From the NCBI GenBank assembly GCA_963826785.1, contig CAWGYD010000008.1, positions 256,001 to 320,000 of the forward strand: DNA of 64,000 bases. The letters are read 5' to 3'. Source of the DNA: an uncultured delta proteobacterium (lineage in GTDB: Bacteria; Desulfobacterota; Desulfobacteria; Desulfobacterales; Desulfosalsimonadaceae). Numbering within the stretch: position 1 is the first letter of the stretch; each line of letters starts with the position of its first letter. This document shows positions 32,671 through 42,393 of the stretch, one piece after another. Position numbers and translations under genes: made by a program. Under the pieces are notes generated by a model that was given only the letters and a program-made list of their open reading frames with translations, was not told the DNA's origin and ran no database searches.

Positions 32671-32709
32671 GTTTACGATATACAACCTCCAGATAAAGGA
32701 GGGCTTCTG

Positions 32710-33057
32710 ATGAAAATTGAAGGATTATTAACGGACGAGGCGATCCTGACGGAGCTGGGCGGGCGCCTGGCCCAGCGTCGGTTGGAACTTCAGCTTACGC
32801 AAGAGATGCTGGCGGAGCAGGCAGGAGTATCGAAGCGGACCGTGGAACGTATCGAGGCCGGGGCCACGACGCAAACGACGACATTGATCCGGATTCTGCG
32901 GGTATTGGCGCTGTTAGATTGGCTGGAAATACTGGTGCCCGAAGCCGGACCCAGTCCGATGGATCTGGTCAAGCTGAAAGGCAAGGTGCGGAAGCGGGCC
33001 AGCGGCAAGCGGAAGCCTACGGACAAGGGACCGTGGCGGTGGGGTGATGAAACGTGA
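32710..33057 (+). CDS. XRE-family HTH regulator (HipB-like)
   Basis: LTQEMLAEQAGVSKRTVERIEAG, with a strong AAGGAGG RBS. Confidence 0.88.
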   Translation: MKIEGLLTDEAILTELGGRLAQRRLELQLTQEMLAEQAGVSKRTVERIEAGATTQTTTLIRILRVLALLDWLEILVPEAGPSPMDLVKLKGKVRKRASGKRKPTDKGPWRWGDET

Positions 33058-33111
33058 ATACGACGGCAGCGGTAACAAAACACAGGCTGCCCTGAGACTG
33101 GAGCTCCTTAA

Positions 33112-36100
33112 ATGAAACCCGGAGAACACAAAACCGTCCAAGCTCGGATCCTCGAATATGCTGAGGCCATCGGCTGGACTGTCGTGCCCCGCGAGGAAGC
33201 CGAGGAAAGGAGGGCGGGTTTTCCAACCCGCCATATGCAAGAAAATGGCGGACAGGGATGTCCGCCCGCCGTTAAGGCGGGTTGGAAAACCCGCCCTCCC
33301 TTGTCTCTTTTCTTCGACGACCTGCTCGACGCCAAGGTGCGGGAATTCAATCCGCGCTATGCCGAGGCCGAGGGCGCCTTGCCCGGGCGGTTCCGCCATC
33401 TCCACACCGACATCTACGGCAACCGGGAATTCGTCGAGCATCTGCGCAACCGGGGCAAATTCTTCGACCACGAGGAAAAGCGCGAGCGCGACCTGATCCT
33501 GATCGATTACGACGACCCGGCGAACAACGTTTTCGAGGTCACCGAGGAGTGGGCCTTTCACAACGGCCATTACGGCACGCGGGAGGATGTGGTCTTTCTC
33601 ATCAACGGCATTCCGGTGCTGGTGATCGAGTGCAAGAACGCCAACAAGGACGAGGCCATTGCCCTGGGGGTGGACCAGATCCGCCGTTACCACCGCGAGA
33701 CGCCCGAGCTGTTCGTGTCGCAGCAGCTATTCACCGCCACCGACGCCATCGGCTTTTCCTATGGGGTGACCTGGAACACGGTGCGGCGCAACATTTTCAA
33801 TTGGAAGCTAACGGAGGGCGGGTTTTCCAACCCGCCGCATACAAAGCTCGTATGGCGGGTTGGAAAACCCGCCCTCCGTTAACACGCACTCCTTTTTCAA
33901 TCCGCATGGTGAGATCGACAAGAAGGAGCATCGATTGCCCCATTGGCAGCAGGGCGAGGCATGGGTCTTTGTGACGTGGCGACTGGGTGATTCTCTTCCG
34001 AAGGCGAAGCTGGATCGGTGGAAGGAGGAACGCGCGATATGGCTCTCACATCATCCCGAACCGTGGGATGAAAAGACCGAAGCCGAGTATCACGAGCGTT
34101 TTTCCAGCCAGATCGACGAGTGGCTGGATCAAGGGAGCGGGTCGTGTGTGCTGAAAGACCCGGCGAACGCGAAGATGGTGGCGGATGCGTTGAGGCATTT
34201 CGATGGTGAGCGATATGAGATCGCGTCGTTCGTGGTGATGCCGAATCACGTTCACGTGTTGTTCCGACCGCTGGGCAAACACACGCTGCCGGAGATACTG
34301 AAGTCGTGGAAAGGATTCACGGCGCGGGAGATCAACAAGCGGATCGGGAAGACGGGAGCGCTTTGGCAGGATGAGTATTGGGATCGGTTGATTCGGAATG
34401 AGCGGCACTTTTTCAAGGTGGCGGAATACATCCGGGAGAATCCGGTGAAGGCAAAGCTTGAAGGAGGGGGCAGTTCATACGTGGAGGGCGGGTTTTCCAA
34501 CCGCCGTATGCAAAATTAGAATGGCGGACAGGAAAGTCCGCCCTCCTAGAGCATGGCGGGTTGGAAAACCCGCCCTCCGTTGACGTTCCCGGCCGACTGG
34601 AAGCAAAGGTCAAGACCTTCTGCGCCATCCCGCAGGTACTCGCCTTCCTGAAGGACTACATCGTCTTTGCCGAGAAGGACGAGGAGCTGAACAAATACAT
34701 CCTGCGCCAGCACCAGACCGGCGCGGTGGAGGCGGCCGTCGGCCGGGCCCTCGATCCCCGGCGCACCCGCGGGCTGGTCTGGCACACCCAGGGCAGCGGC
34801 AAGACCTTCACCATGATCAAGGCGGCGGAACGGCTTTTCCGCGCGCCCGAGGCGGACAAGCCCACCATCCTGCTGATGATCGACCGCAACGAGCTGGAAG
34901 ACCAGATGCTCAAGAACCTCGCCGCGCTCGGCCTGGGCAACCTGGAGCACGCCGGCAGCATCGCCCGGCTCAACCGGTTGCTGCGCGACGACTACCGGGG
35001 CATCATCGTGACGATGATCCACAAGTTCCGCGACATGCCGGCGGATCTCAACACGCGCGCAAACATCTACGTCCTCATCGACGAAGCCCATCGCACCACC
35101 GGCGGCGATCTCGGCAACTTCCTCATGGCCGGCCTGCCGAACGCCACCTTCCTCGGTTTCACCGGCACCCCGGTGGACAAGACCGCCTACGGCAAGGGCA
35201 CCTTCAAGACCTTCGGCTGCGAGGACGACCAGGGCTACCTGCACAAGTATTCCATCGCCGACAGCATCGAGGACGGCACCACCCTGCCGCTCTACTACCA
35301 GCTCGCGCCAAATGAAATGCTCGTGCCCGCACGAGACGCTGGATGCGGAATTCCTCTCCCTCGCCGAAGCCGAGGGCGTGGCCGACATCGAGGAGCTGAA
35401 CAAGATCCTCGAGCGGGCGGTGAACCTGAAGAATTTCCTCAAGGGCAAGGACCGGATACAAAAGGTGGCGCAGTTCGTCGCCGAACATTACCGCGAGAAC
35501 GTCGAGCCGCTCGGCTACAAGGCCTTTCTCGTCGGCGTGGACCGCGAAGCCTGCGCCCACTACAAGCACGCCCTCGATCAGTTCCTGCCGCCCGAGTATT
35601 CCGAGGTCGTTTACACCGGCAGCAACAACGACTCGGCCCTGCTGAAGGAATTCCACCTCGACCCGAAGAAGGAGCGGCAGATCCGCAAGAGCTTCGGCAA
35701 GCTCGACCAGCAGCCGAAGATCCTGATCGTCACCGAGAAACTGCTCACCGGCTTCGACGCGCCCGTGCTCTACGCCATGTATCTCGACAAGCCGATGCGC
35801 GACCACACCCTGCTGCAGGCCATCGCCCGGGTGAACCGCCCCTACGAGAACGAGGCCCGGGAGATGGTGAAGCCCCACGGCTTCGTTCTGGATTTCGTCG
35901 GCATCTTCGACAAGCTGGAAAAGGCGCTGGCCTTCGACAGCGACGAGATCAACGCCATCGTCAAGGATCTGAAGCTCCTGAAGGTGCTCTTCAAAAACAA
36001 GATGGAGAGATTTCAAGGGAGGGCGGACTTTCCAGTCCGCCTTGGAGAAGCAGACGCGGGTTGGAAAACCCGCGCTCCGTTCGAATTCAACGACAAGGAC

Positions 36101-36887
36101 GTCGATACCCTCATCGAGCACTTCCGCGATCCCGAGCGGCGCAAGGAGTTTTTCAAGGAATACAAGGAGATCGAGATGCTCTACGAGATCATCTCGCCGG
36201 ACGCCTTCCTGCGGCCGTTCATCAGCGACTACGGAACGCTCGCGGCCATCTATGCCGTTGTTCGGAAGGCCTACGCCAAGCGGGTCATGGTGGACCGGGA
36301 CTTCCAGAGAAAGACGAACGAGCTGGTGCAGAGGCATATCGGAACCAGCTATATCCTGCCCGTCGAGGACACCCTGGAAATCAATGAGGATACCGTAAGG
36401 TATATCGTCGATAAAAAGGGGGGCGACAACAGCAAGGTCATCAACCTGGTCAAAAGCATCGGAAAGGCGGCGGAAGAACAAAGTGACGATCCCTATCTGA
36501 TTGCCATGGCCGAGCGCGCGCGGGTTGTCCAGGAGGCATTTGAAGATCGGCAGGCCACTACGGCCGAAACGCTGGCCAAGCTGCTTCGCGAGGTGGAGGC
36601 GAACGAGGCCCGCAAAAAGGAACAGGCCGCCAAAGGAATCGACGGTCTGACGTTTTTCGTCTACCGCATGCTGGAGGATGCGAAGATCGGGAACGCCGAG
36701 GCCGTCAGCCGCAAAATCCGGGAGGCCTTTGTCGAAACGCCGAACTGGAAACGCAGCGACAGCCAGCTTCGGGAGCTGCGCAAGAAGGTTACTTTTGCCA
36801 TCTTTGCGGAATGTGACGACCTCGATCGCGGTAACCGCATTGGTGAATGATCTGTTCCGCGTACTGGAAAAGGCGGACAGGATTTAA
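33112..36887 (+). CDS. hsdR: Type I R-M restriction subunit HsdR containing an internal RAYT and REP inserts (indels near 33810-33880, 34500, 35327 and 36830)
   Basis: Nuclease motifs D-x-V..INGIPVLVIECK and QIRRY. Motor motifs HTQGSGKT, DEAHR, FTGTP, LTGFDAP and QAIARVNR. Confidence 0.92.
33209..33299. repeat. Family A REP triplet, in frame within the hsdR N-terminus
   Basis: Three GGCGG..CCGCC hairpins bounded by GGAG / CTCC, translated RRAGFPTRHMQENGGQGCPPAVKAGWKTRPP. Confidence 0.9.
33813..34578 (+). mobile_element. REPtron-like element: RAYT flanked by REP clusters (33813-33877 and 34483-34578), inserted in hsdR
   Basis: A REP doublet on the left and a triplet on the right flank an HUH transposase ORF. 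hsdR breaks after RRNIFNWK and resumes at GRLEAKVKTF in the same frame. Confidence 0.9.
33860..34519 (+). CDS. REP-associated tyrosine transposase (RAYT/TnpA-REP, Y1 HUH family)
   Basis: RLPHWQQ, FVTWRLGDSLP, HUH motif VVMPNHVHVL, WKGFTAREIN, WQDEYWDRLIR and catalytic YIRENP. There is no ATG start; the ORF opens on a TTG inside the REP. Confidence 0.92.
   Translation: MENPPSVNTHSFFNPHGEIDKKEHRLPHWQQGEAWVFVTWRLGDSLPKAKLDRWKEERAIWLSHHPEPWDEKTEAEYHERFSSQIDEWLDQGSGSCVLKDPANAKMVADALRHFDGERYEIASFVVMPNHVHVLFRPLGKHTLPEILKSWKGFTAREINKRIGKTGALWQDEYWDRLIRNERHFFKVAEYIRENPVKAKLEGGGSSYVEGGFSNRRMQN
36018..36078. repeat. Family A REP doublet, in frame within the hsdR C-terminal region
   Basis: GGAG-GGCGGACT-ttcc-AGTCCGCC...CGCGGGTT-ggaa-AACCCGCG-CTCC, translated GRADFPVRLGEADAGWKTRAP. 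Confidence 0.88.
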
Positions 36888-36890
36888 CTC

Positions 36891-37220
36891 ATGGACAACC
36901 CGGATACAAAGACGGCGTTCAAGGAGCGGGTTCGCCACTGGGCCGAAAAGCTCGATGTGAATGTCGTCTGGCTCGGGGTGCGGCCGATGAGCAACAAATG
37001 GGCCTCGTGCTCCACCGCCGGCCACCTGAACTTCAACGCCGATCTGCTCGACCTGAAAACCGAGCTGTGGGACTACGTCATCGTCCACGAACTGCTGCAC
37101 TTCTTTGTTCCAAACCATGGAAAACTATGGAAGAGCCTGATGCGCGCCCATCTGGGCGATTATGAGGCTTATGAAGCAGAGTTGAAGCAGATAGCGCAAA
37201 ACAAGCGCTTTCACAGCTGA
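36891..37220 (+). CDS. Short YgjP/DUF45-type metal-dependent hydrolase
   Basis: MSNKWASCS and DYVIVHELLH...NHGKLW. Commonly found after hsdR. Confidence 0.85.
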   Translation: MDNPDTKTAFKERVRHWAEKLDVNVVWLGVRPMSNKWASCSTAGHLNFNADLLDLKTELWDYVIVHELLHFFVPNHGKLWKSLMRAHLGDYEAYEAELKQIAQNKRFHS

Positions 37221-37321
37221 CCTGGCTATCTTGCGGCGGTTAATAAATTCTGTGGTTAATGAGATCCGTAGTTTTATCATTTATGATCCCTTTCGCCCGG
37301 CCGGTGAAGCGGACGTTAACC
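37196..37321 (+). other. attC-like integron recombination site (solitary, degenerate)
   Basis: AAC-aag-CGCTT(T)CAC ... GTGAAGCG-gac-GTT over 126 bp: AAC/GTT core, unpaired spacer and one extra base in the left L box. Confidence 0.55.
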
Positions 37322-37356
37322 CATCCACTCGAATCTGATAAAGAGGTGAAAATTCC

Positions 37357-37668
37357 ATGATCACAGTTATTGTCGAATTCAAGCTGCCCCGGGCGATTAC
37401 AAGGGATCAGGCGCGCGAAACCTTTCTGGGGACGGCATCGAGATACAAGGGTATGGCCGGACTGATCCGCAAGTACTATTTTATTTCCTTGGACGGCACC
37501 AAAGCGGGCGGCGTCTACCTCTGGAAATCCCGCGAAGACGCCGACCGGCTCTACACAGAAGAGTGGAAGGCCTTTGTCCGTGAAAAATACGGCACCGAAC
37601 CTGCGCTTGCATACCTGGAATGCCCGGTGGTCGTTGACAACCTCTCGAATGAAATCATCTCGGACTGA
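37357..37668 (+). CDS. YdhR-like putative monooxygenase (dimeric alpha-beta barrel)
   Basis: 103 aa with GLIRKYY and AGGVYLWKSREDA. Confidence 0.75.
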   Translation: MITVIVEFKLPRAITRDQARETFLGTASRYKGMAGLIRKYYFISLDGTKAGGVYLWKSREDADRLYTEEWKAFVREKYGTEPALAYLECPVVVDNLSNEIISD

Positions 37669-37708
37669 CCCGGCATTTAAGCAAGCCGATCATTAAAAAC
37701 TATTCTTG

Positions 37709-38689
37709 TCAGCGCGCCTCTCCCATGGTGTCGGCGGCATGGGCGCCGCGACTCCCCATGGGGCGGGGCTCTCCCCGGGTGGTGTCTTTCCGGGTCTGAT
37801 GCTCCATCTCAGCGTTCAATTCCGCCCCCAGCAGGATCAGGTAAGAAGTCAGAAAAAGCCAGGTGAGCAGCACGATCACCGCTCCCATGGACCCGTATGT
37901 GGCATTGTAGCTGCCGAAATTGGACACGTAAATGGAAAACAGCACCGATGCGATGATCCAGGCGACGGTGGCCAGGATCGCCCCCCCGCTCGCCCATCGC
38001 CACTGGGGATAATCCCGGTCCGGCGCAAACCGGTATAACACCCCGAGCCCGACCATGATAAAGGCCGCCAGAAGCACCCACCGGGCAATGGAAATCAGGA
38101 GCTGAAGCGGCGACGGCAGGCCCAGGTTTCCCAGCAGTCCCGGCAGGACCACGATCAAGGCCAGGGAGACGATCATAAACAGTATGGCGCCCAGGGTCAG
38201 CAGCAAAGAAACCGCATTGAACCGGATGATCCCCCGGTTCTCCTGTTCATCATAGGCAATATCCAGGGCCGTGATCATGGCCTTCATCCCCTTGGCGGCG
38301 CTCCAGAGCGCCAGCACGATGCTGACGCCCAGGCTGATGCCCAATTTTCCGCTGGAACTGGACACGATGGAGGAGATCTGGCTGCTGATGATCTGGTAGA
38401 CCTGCTGGGGGACGATCCCCTTGAAGGAGGCCACCTGCTGCTGAACCTGGGCCGGGTCTGCCACCAGCCCGTATAATGAGACAAAGGCGGTGATGGCCGG
38501 AAATATGGAAAACAGGGCGTAGAAGGCCACTCCCGCGGAAACGATGCTCAGATTGTCCTTCCCCTGCTCGTCCTTGACCCGCAGGAGAATATCCTTCCAC
38601 CCGGTTTTGGGGATCTTGGAAGGCGCATCGGCCTCCCTGCCCCGTTCCGATGATTGATCTTCATTCGCGTTCATGTCTTGACCCTCCAA
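37709..38689 (-). CDS. YihY/BrkB-family membrane protein
   Basis: AGVAFYALFSIFP, LYRFAPD, YNATYGSMGAV and LLGAELNAE. Confidence 0.92.
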   Translation of the reverse strand: MEGQDMNANEDQSSERGREADAPSKIPKTGWKDILLRVKDEQGKDNLSIVSAGVAFYALFSIFPAITAFVSLYGLVADPAQVQQQVASFKGIVPQQVYQIISSQISSIVSSSSGKLGISLGVSIVLALWSAAKGMKAMITALDIAYDEQENRGIIRFNAVSLLLTLGAILFMIVSLALIVVLPGLLGNLGLPSPLQLLISIARWVLLAAFIMVGLGVLYRFAPDRDYPQWRWASGGAILATVAWIIASVLFSIYVSNFGSYNATYGSMGAVIVLLTWLFLTSYLILLGAELNAEMEHQTRKDTTRGEPRPMGSRGAHAADTMGEAR

Positions 38690-38765
38690 TAATTTTAAAA
38701 AATTCCATCCTCATCCCTTACATAATCCGCTGCATAAAATTTATGGATGCATCTTCAGGAAAAAA

Positions 38766-38804
38766 TAAGGTCATTCCCCTATCCGGCAGGGTAAATTCCC
38801 CTAT
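38766..38804. promoter_or_regulatory. Tandem candidate regulator boxes between divergent genes
   Basis: ATTCCCCTAT at 38773 and 38795 (22-bp period), each the right half of an imperfect TAGGG-N-CCCTA palindrome. Confidence 0.4.
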
Positions 38805-39054
38805 TTTGAGATCAAACCGATATTCCATGCCCGGCCCCGCCGAAATTTTGCCGGATAATCATACAAAACGATTTCTCGAATCAACTGATTTATGTATCAG
38901 AGACTCAAACCTCCCGCCCTTTGGTTTCGATCATCAATTACCGCTTCTGCCGCGGGGCAATAGGGGCTTGACCCTATGGACGCCCTGCTTATTTGATTAT
39001 AAAAAAGGCAGAAGAGATTCATTATTGAGAAAACCGCGATGAGAGGAGGATAGG

Positions 39055-40074
39055 ATGGCCAAAGACTGCAGCGGTTCACAGCTTCTGGCGGCCGGATTTG
39101 CCTGCGGCGCGGCCCTGCTCACCTGGGCGGCGGTGCGCCGGACGGGTGATCCTGGCCGCAGAAAGGTTTCGCCGCAGCCCCGAAGCCTGATCAATTTTGC
39201 TGAGGCCATCGTTGCTGAGGCCATCTATGACAAGACCGTCCCCTCTAAAAAGAAGACCCGGCGCAAGGCGGTCCGCCGGTTGTACGGCGCGGCGGCCCTG
39301 CTCTCCTTCAGCGTCCTTGCGGACAGCGTACTGGAGCATTACCGCGGCTGCTTCAACAACCGGGCCATGTACATCCCGCCGGTGGCCTCCTCGCTGGTGC
39401 TGGCTGAAACCGTGGCCGGGGCCATCATGCCCGGATCCGTCAATGCCCTGCGCCGGCCCCTGTTCTTTGCGGCAGTACTCACCGGTACTGCCGGATTCGG
39501 ATTCCACGTCTACAACATCAGCCGCCGCGAAGGGGGATTTTCCTGGCTCAATCTCTTCTACGGCGCGCCGCTGGGTGCCCCCGGTGCCCTGGCCATGGCC
39601 GGCATATACGGATACTGCGCCGAAATGGTTCACCAGCAGAGCCGGCCATTTCGGAAAAAACGGTTTCCCCGCATGCGTGAAATCGGCCGGGCCCTTGCCG
39701 GTCTATCCATGTTCAGCATGCTGGGAACGGTGGGGGAAGTCCTGCTGCTCCATTTCCGCGGCGCCTTTCAGGACCGTTTCATGTACATCCCGGTGGTGCT
39801 GCCCACTCTGGGGGCACTGGGTCTGGGAAAAGCCGCCCTCCGGCCCGGCCGGCGCAGGATGGACGGCCTTGCCGCGACCCTGAAGGCCATCAATGTCATG
39901 GGGATGATCGGTTCGGGGTTTCACGCATACGGCATTCACCGAAACATGGGCGGATGGAACAACTGGAGCCAGATGCTCCTCCAGGGCCCGCCGCTTCCCG
40001 CGCCGCCGGGATTTTCCGGCATCGCCCTGGGCGGCTTGGGCGCCCTGAACCTGATGACCAGCAACGGAGATTAA
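39055..40074 (+). CDS. Internally duplicated membrane protein of unknown function
   Basis: Two similar halves: EHYRGCFNNRAMYIP..GFGFH..GAPLGAP and LHFRGAFQDRFMYIP..GSGFH..GPPLPAP. Confidence 0.75.
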   Translation: MAKDCSGSQLLAAGFACGAALLTWAAVRRTGDPGRRKVSPQPRSLINFAEAIVAEAIYDKTVPSKKKTRRKAVRRLYGAAALLSFSVLADSVLEHYRGCFNNRAMYIPPVASSLVLAETVAGAIMPGSVNALRRPLFFAAVLTGTAGFGFHVYNISRREGGFSWLNLFYGAPLGAPGALAMAGIYGYCAEMVHQQSRPFRKKRFPRMREIGRALAGLSMFSMLGTVGEVLLLHFRGAFQDRFMYIPVVLPTLGALGLGKAALRPGRRRMDGLAATLKAINVMGMIGSGFHAYGIHRNMGGWNNWSQMLLQGPPLPAPPGFSGIALGGLGALNLMTSNGD

Positions 40075-40076
40075 AC

Positions 40077-40685
40077 GTGGATCATTTCAAGCAACGGTTT
40101 CCCGAATATGATGTCCTGGCCAAGTGGGACACCCCCTCCTGGAATGACCAGACCCGGAAAGTGGTGGCCAAACGGATCAATGAAATCCCCGAGCGCCGAT
40201 TTTTCGATCCCGACGAATTTGCCACGCTGGAAGCGGTTTGCGGCCGCGTCATTCCCCAGCCCGACCGGCCGGATAACCCCGTCCCCATCGCCCCCTTCAT
40301 CGACGAAAAACTGTTTGAAAACCAGACCGACGGCACCCGCTATGACGTGCTCCCCCCTTTGCGGGAAGCCTGGAGGCAAGGGCTTTCGGCCATTGAAGGC
40401 GAAAGCCGGATCCGGTTTGAAAAGCGTTTTGCCGATCTGTCGCCGGAACAGCAGGATCTCATTTTGCGCGATATTCAGAACGGCAGGACCGAAAGTCCGG
40501 CCTGGCAGGACATGCCCCCGGAAAAATGGTTCGCTTCACGGATGGTTTTTGACATCGTGTCCGTCTATTACGCCCATCCCGCATCCTGGAACGAAATCGG
40601 CTTCGGCGGGCCGGCCTCCCCCCGGGGGTATGTCCGGCTGAGGACCAACCGCCATGACCCCTGGGAGGCGAGGGAGATGCCATGA
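40077..40685 (+). CDS. Gluconate 2-dehydrogenase subunit 3-like protein
   Basis: LEAVCGRVIPQ, RFADLSPEQQD and YYAHPASWNEIGFGGPASPRGY. GTG start inferred. Confidence 0.82.
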   Translation: MDHFKQRFPEYDVLAKWDTPSWNDQTRKVVAKRINEIPERRFFDPDEFATLEAVCGRVIPQPDRPDNPVPIAPFIDEKLFENQTDGTRYDVLPPLREAWRQGLSAIEGESRIRFEKRFADLSPEQQDLILRDIQNGRTESPAWQDMPPEKWFASRMVFDIVSVYYAHPASWNEIGFGGPASPRGYVRLRTNRHDPWEAREMP

Positions 40686-42321
40686 ACGATCATATACCAG
40701 CAGCCCGCCGCAACGGACAGGCCCCGGACGTGCTCCGGCCGGGAAAGACGCCTCCCCATGCGCTGCTTCTCCGATGCCGAAGAAGTCGATTTTGCCATCG
40801 TCGGCACCGGCGCCGGCGGGGGCACCCTGGCCGCAAAACTGGCCCAGTCCGGCTTCTCCGTGGTGGCCTTCGACGCCGGCCCCTTCTGGCGGCCCCTGGA
40901 GGAATTCACCTCGGATGAAAAGTCCCAGCAGAAGCTCTACTGGACCGACGACCGGATCAGCGCCGGAGAAAACCCCATCGAGTTCGGCCGGAACAACAGC
41001 GGTAAAGGCGTGGGCGGCTGCACCGTCCATTTCACCATGGTCTCCCTGCGCTTTCGCCCGGAGTGGTTCAAGGCCAGATCAAAAATGGGGTATGCGGTGG
41101 ACTGGCCCATCACCTGGGAGGAGATGTGGCGATACTACGAAGCGGTGGAGCAGGCATTAAAAATCTCCGGGCCGGTGCAACTACCCCTGGGGCCCGCCCC
41201 GGGGCCGCTACCCCTACCGGCCCCACGAGGTGAATGCCGCCGGACTGGTGCTGGGCCGGGCCGCCGATGCCATGGGAATCGCCTGGGCCCCCACGCCTCT
41301 GGCCACCATCTCCGCCCCCCGGGGGCGCGCCCATCCCTGCGTTTACCGGGGCTTCTGCCAGGTCGGGTGCTCCACCAATGCCAAGCAGAGCATCCTGGTC
41401 ACCCGGATTCCTGCGGCCATCAAAGCCGGGGCGGAGATCCGGGACAAATCCATGGTGGGCCGGATCGAGATCAATGATTCCGGACGGGCCACCGGGGTCA
41501 AGTACCACCGGGACGGCCAGTGGCGCTTTCAAAAAGCCCGTCATGTGGTGGTGGCGGGCTATGCCATCGAGACCCCCCGCCTGCTGCTCAACTCCGCCTG
41601 CCCCCCGTTTCCGGACGGGCTGGCCAACTCCAGCGGCCTGGTGGGCAAAAATCTCATGCCCCAGGCCAACCACGCGGTGTGGGGGATCATGGAAGACGAA
41701 ATCCGCTGGTACAAGGGGCCGCCCACCATGGCCATCACCGAGCACTGGAACTACACCGACACGGGCAAGGATTTTCCCGGGGGCTACTGCTTCCTCAGCC
41801 AGGGGCCGCTGCCCATCGACTGGGCCCACAGCGTGGCGGGCAAGCGGGGGCTTTGGGGGATGGCCCTGCGGGAGCAGATGACCCGGTACAACCACCAGGC
41901 GGGATTGAAGATCGTGGGGGAGGTGCTCCCCCGGGAGGAGAACCGCGTGGAGTTGTCGGACGAAACCGACGCCCTGGGGCTGCCCATCCCCAAGATCACC
42001 TTTTCCTATGGGGAAGAAGACAAACGGCTGCAGGCTCATGCCCTTGATTTCATGCGCCAGGGGCTGGTCGCTGCCGGGGGGAGCGACCTCTGGCACGAAT
42101 CGGGCACCGCCCACCTGCTGGGCACCTGCCGGATGGGAAACAGCCCCTCTTCCAGCGTCACCGATGCCGACGGCCGGACCTGGGATATTCCCAATCTCTG
42201 GATCTGCGACGGATCGCTCTTTCCCACCAGCGGCGGCGTGAACCCGTCATTGACCATCCAGGCCCTGGCCTGCCGCATGGCAGACCGGATTGTGGCCCAA
42301 TCCCGCCGGGGGGAAATTTGA
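40682..42321 (+). CDS. GMC-family FAD oxidoreductase (apparent +1 indels near 40757 and 41179)
   Basis: IVGTGAGGG, GVGGCT, CVYRGFCQVGC, ETPRLLLNS, HLLGTCRMG and NPSLTIQALA across three ORFs. Confidence 0.88.
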
Positions 42322-42393
42322 TGGCGCATGCTTTGCAAGGAACATACTCGGAAAGGGGTTTAAATAATTTCTTTTTTGTTTTTCGCAGGTCCG

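Noticed and set aside
33813..34578. IS200/IS605 insertion sequence, intein or intron in hsdR
   Set aside because: Multiple GGAG-footed REPs and RAYT-type motifs fit a RAYT, and there is no tnpB. No intein C/S...HN termini or intron features were seen.
27100..37700. Integrase- or tRNA-anchored island boundaries around the R-M locus
   Set aside because: No integrase, tRNA or flanking direct repeat was found by eye.
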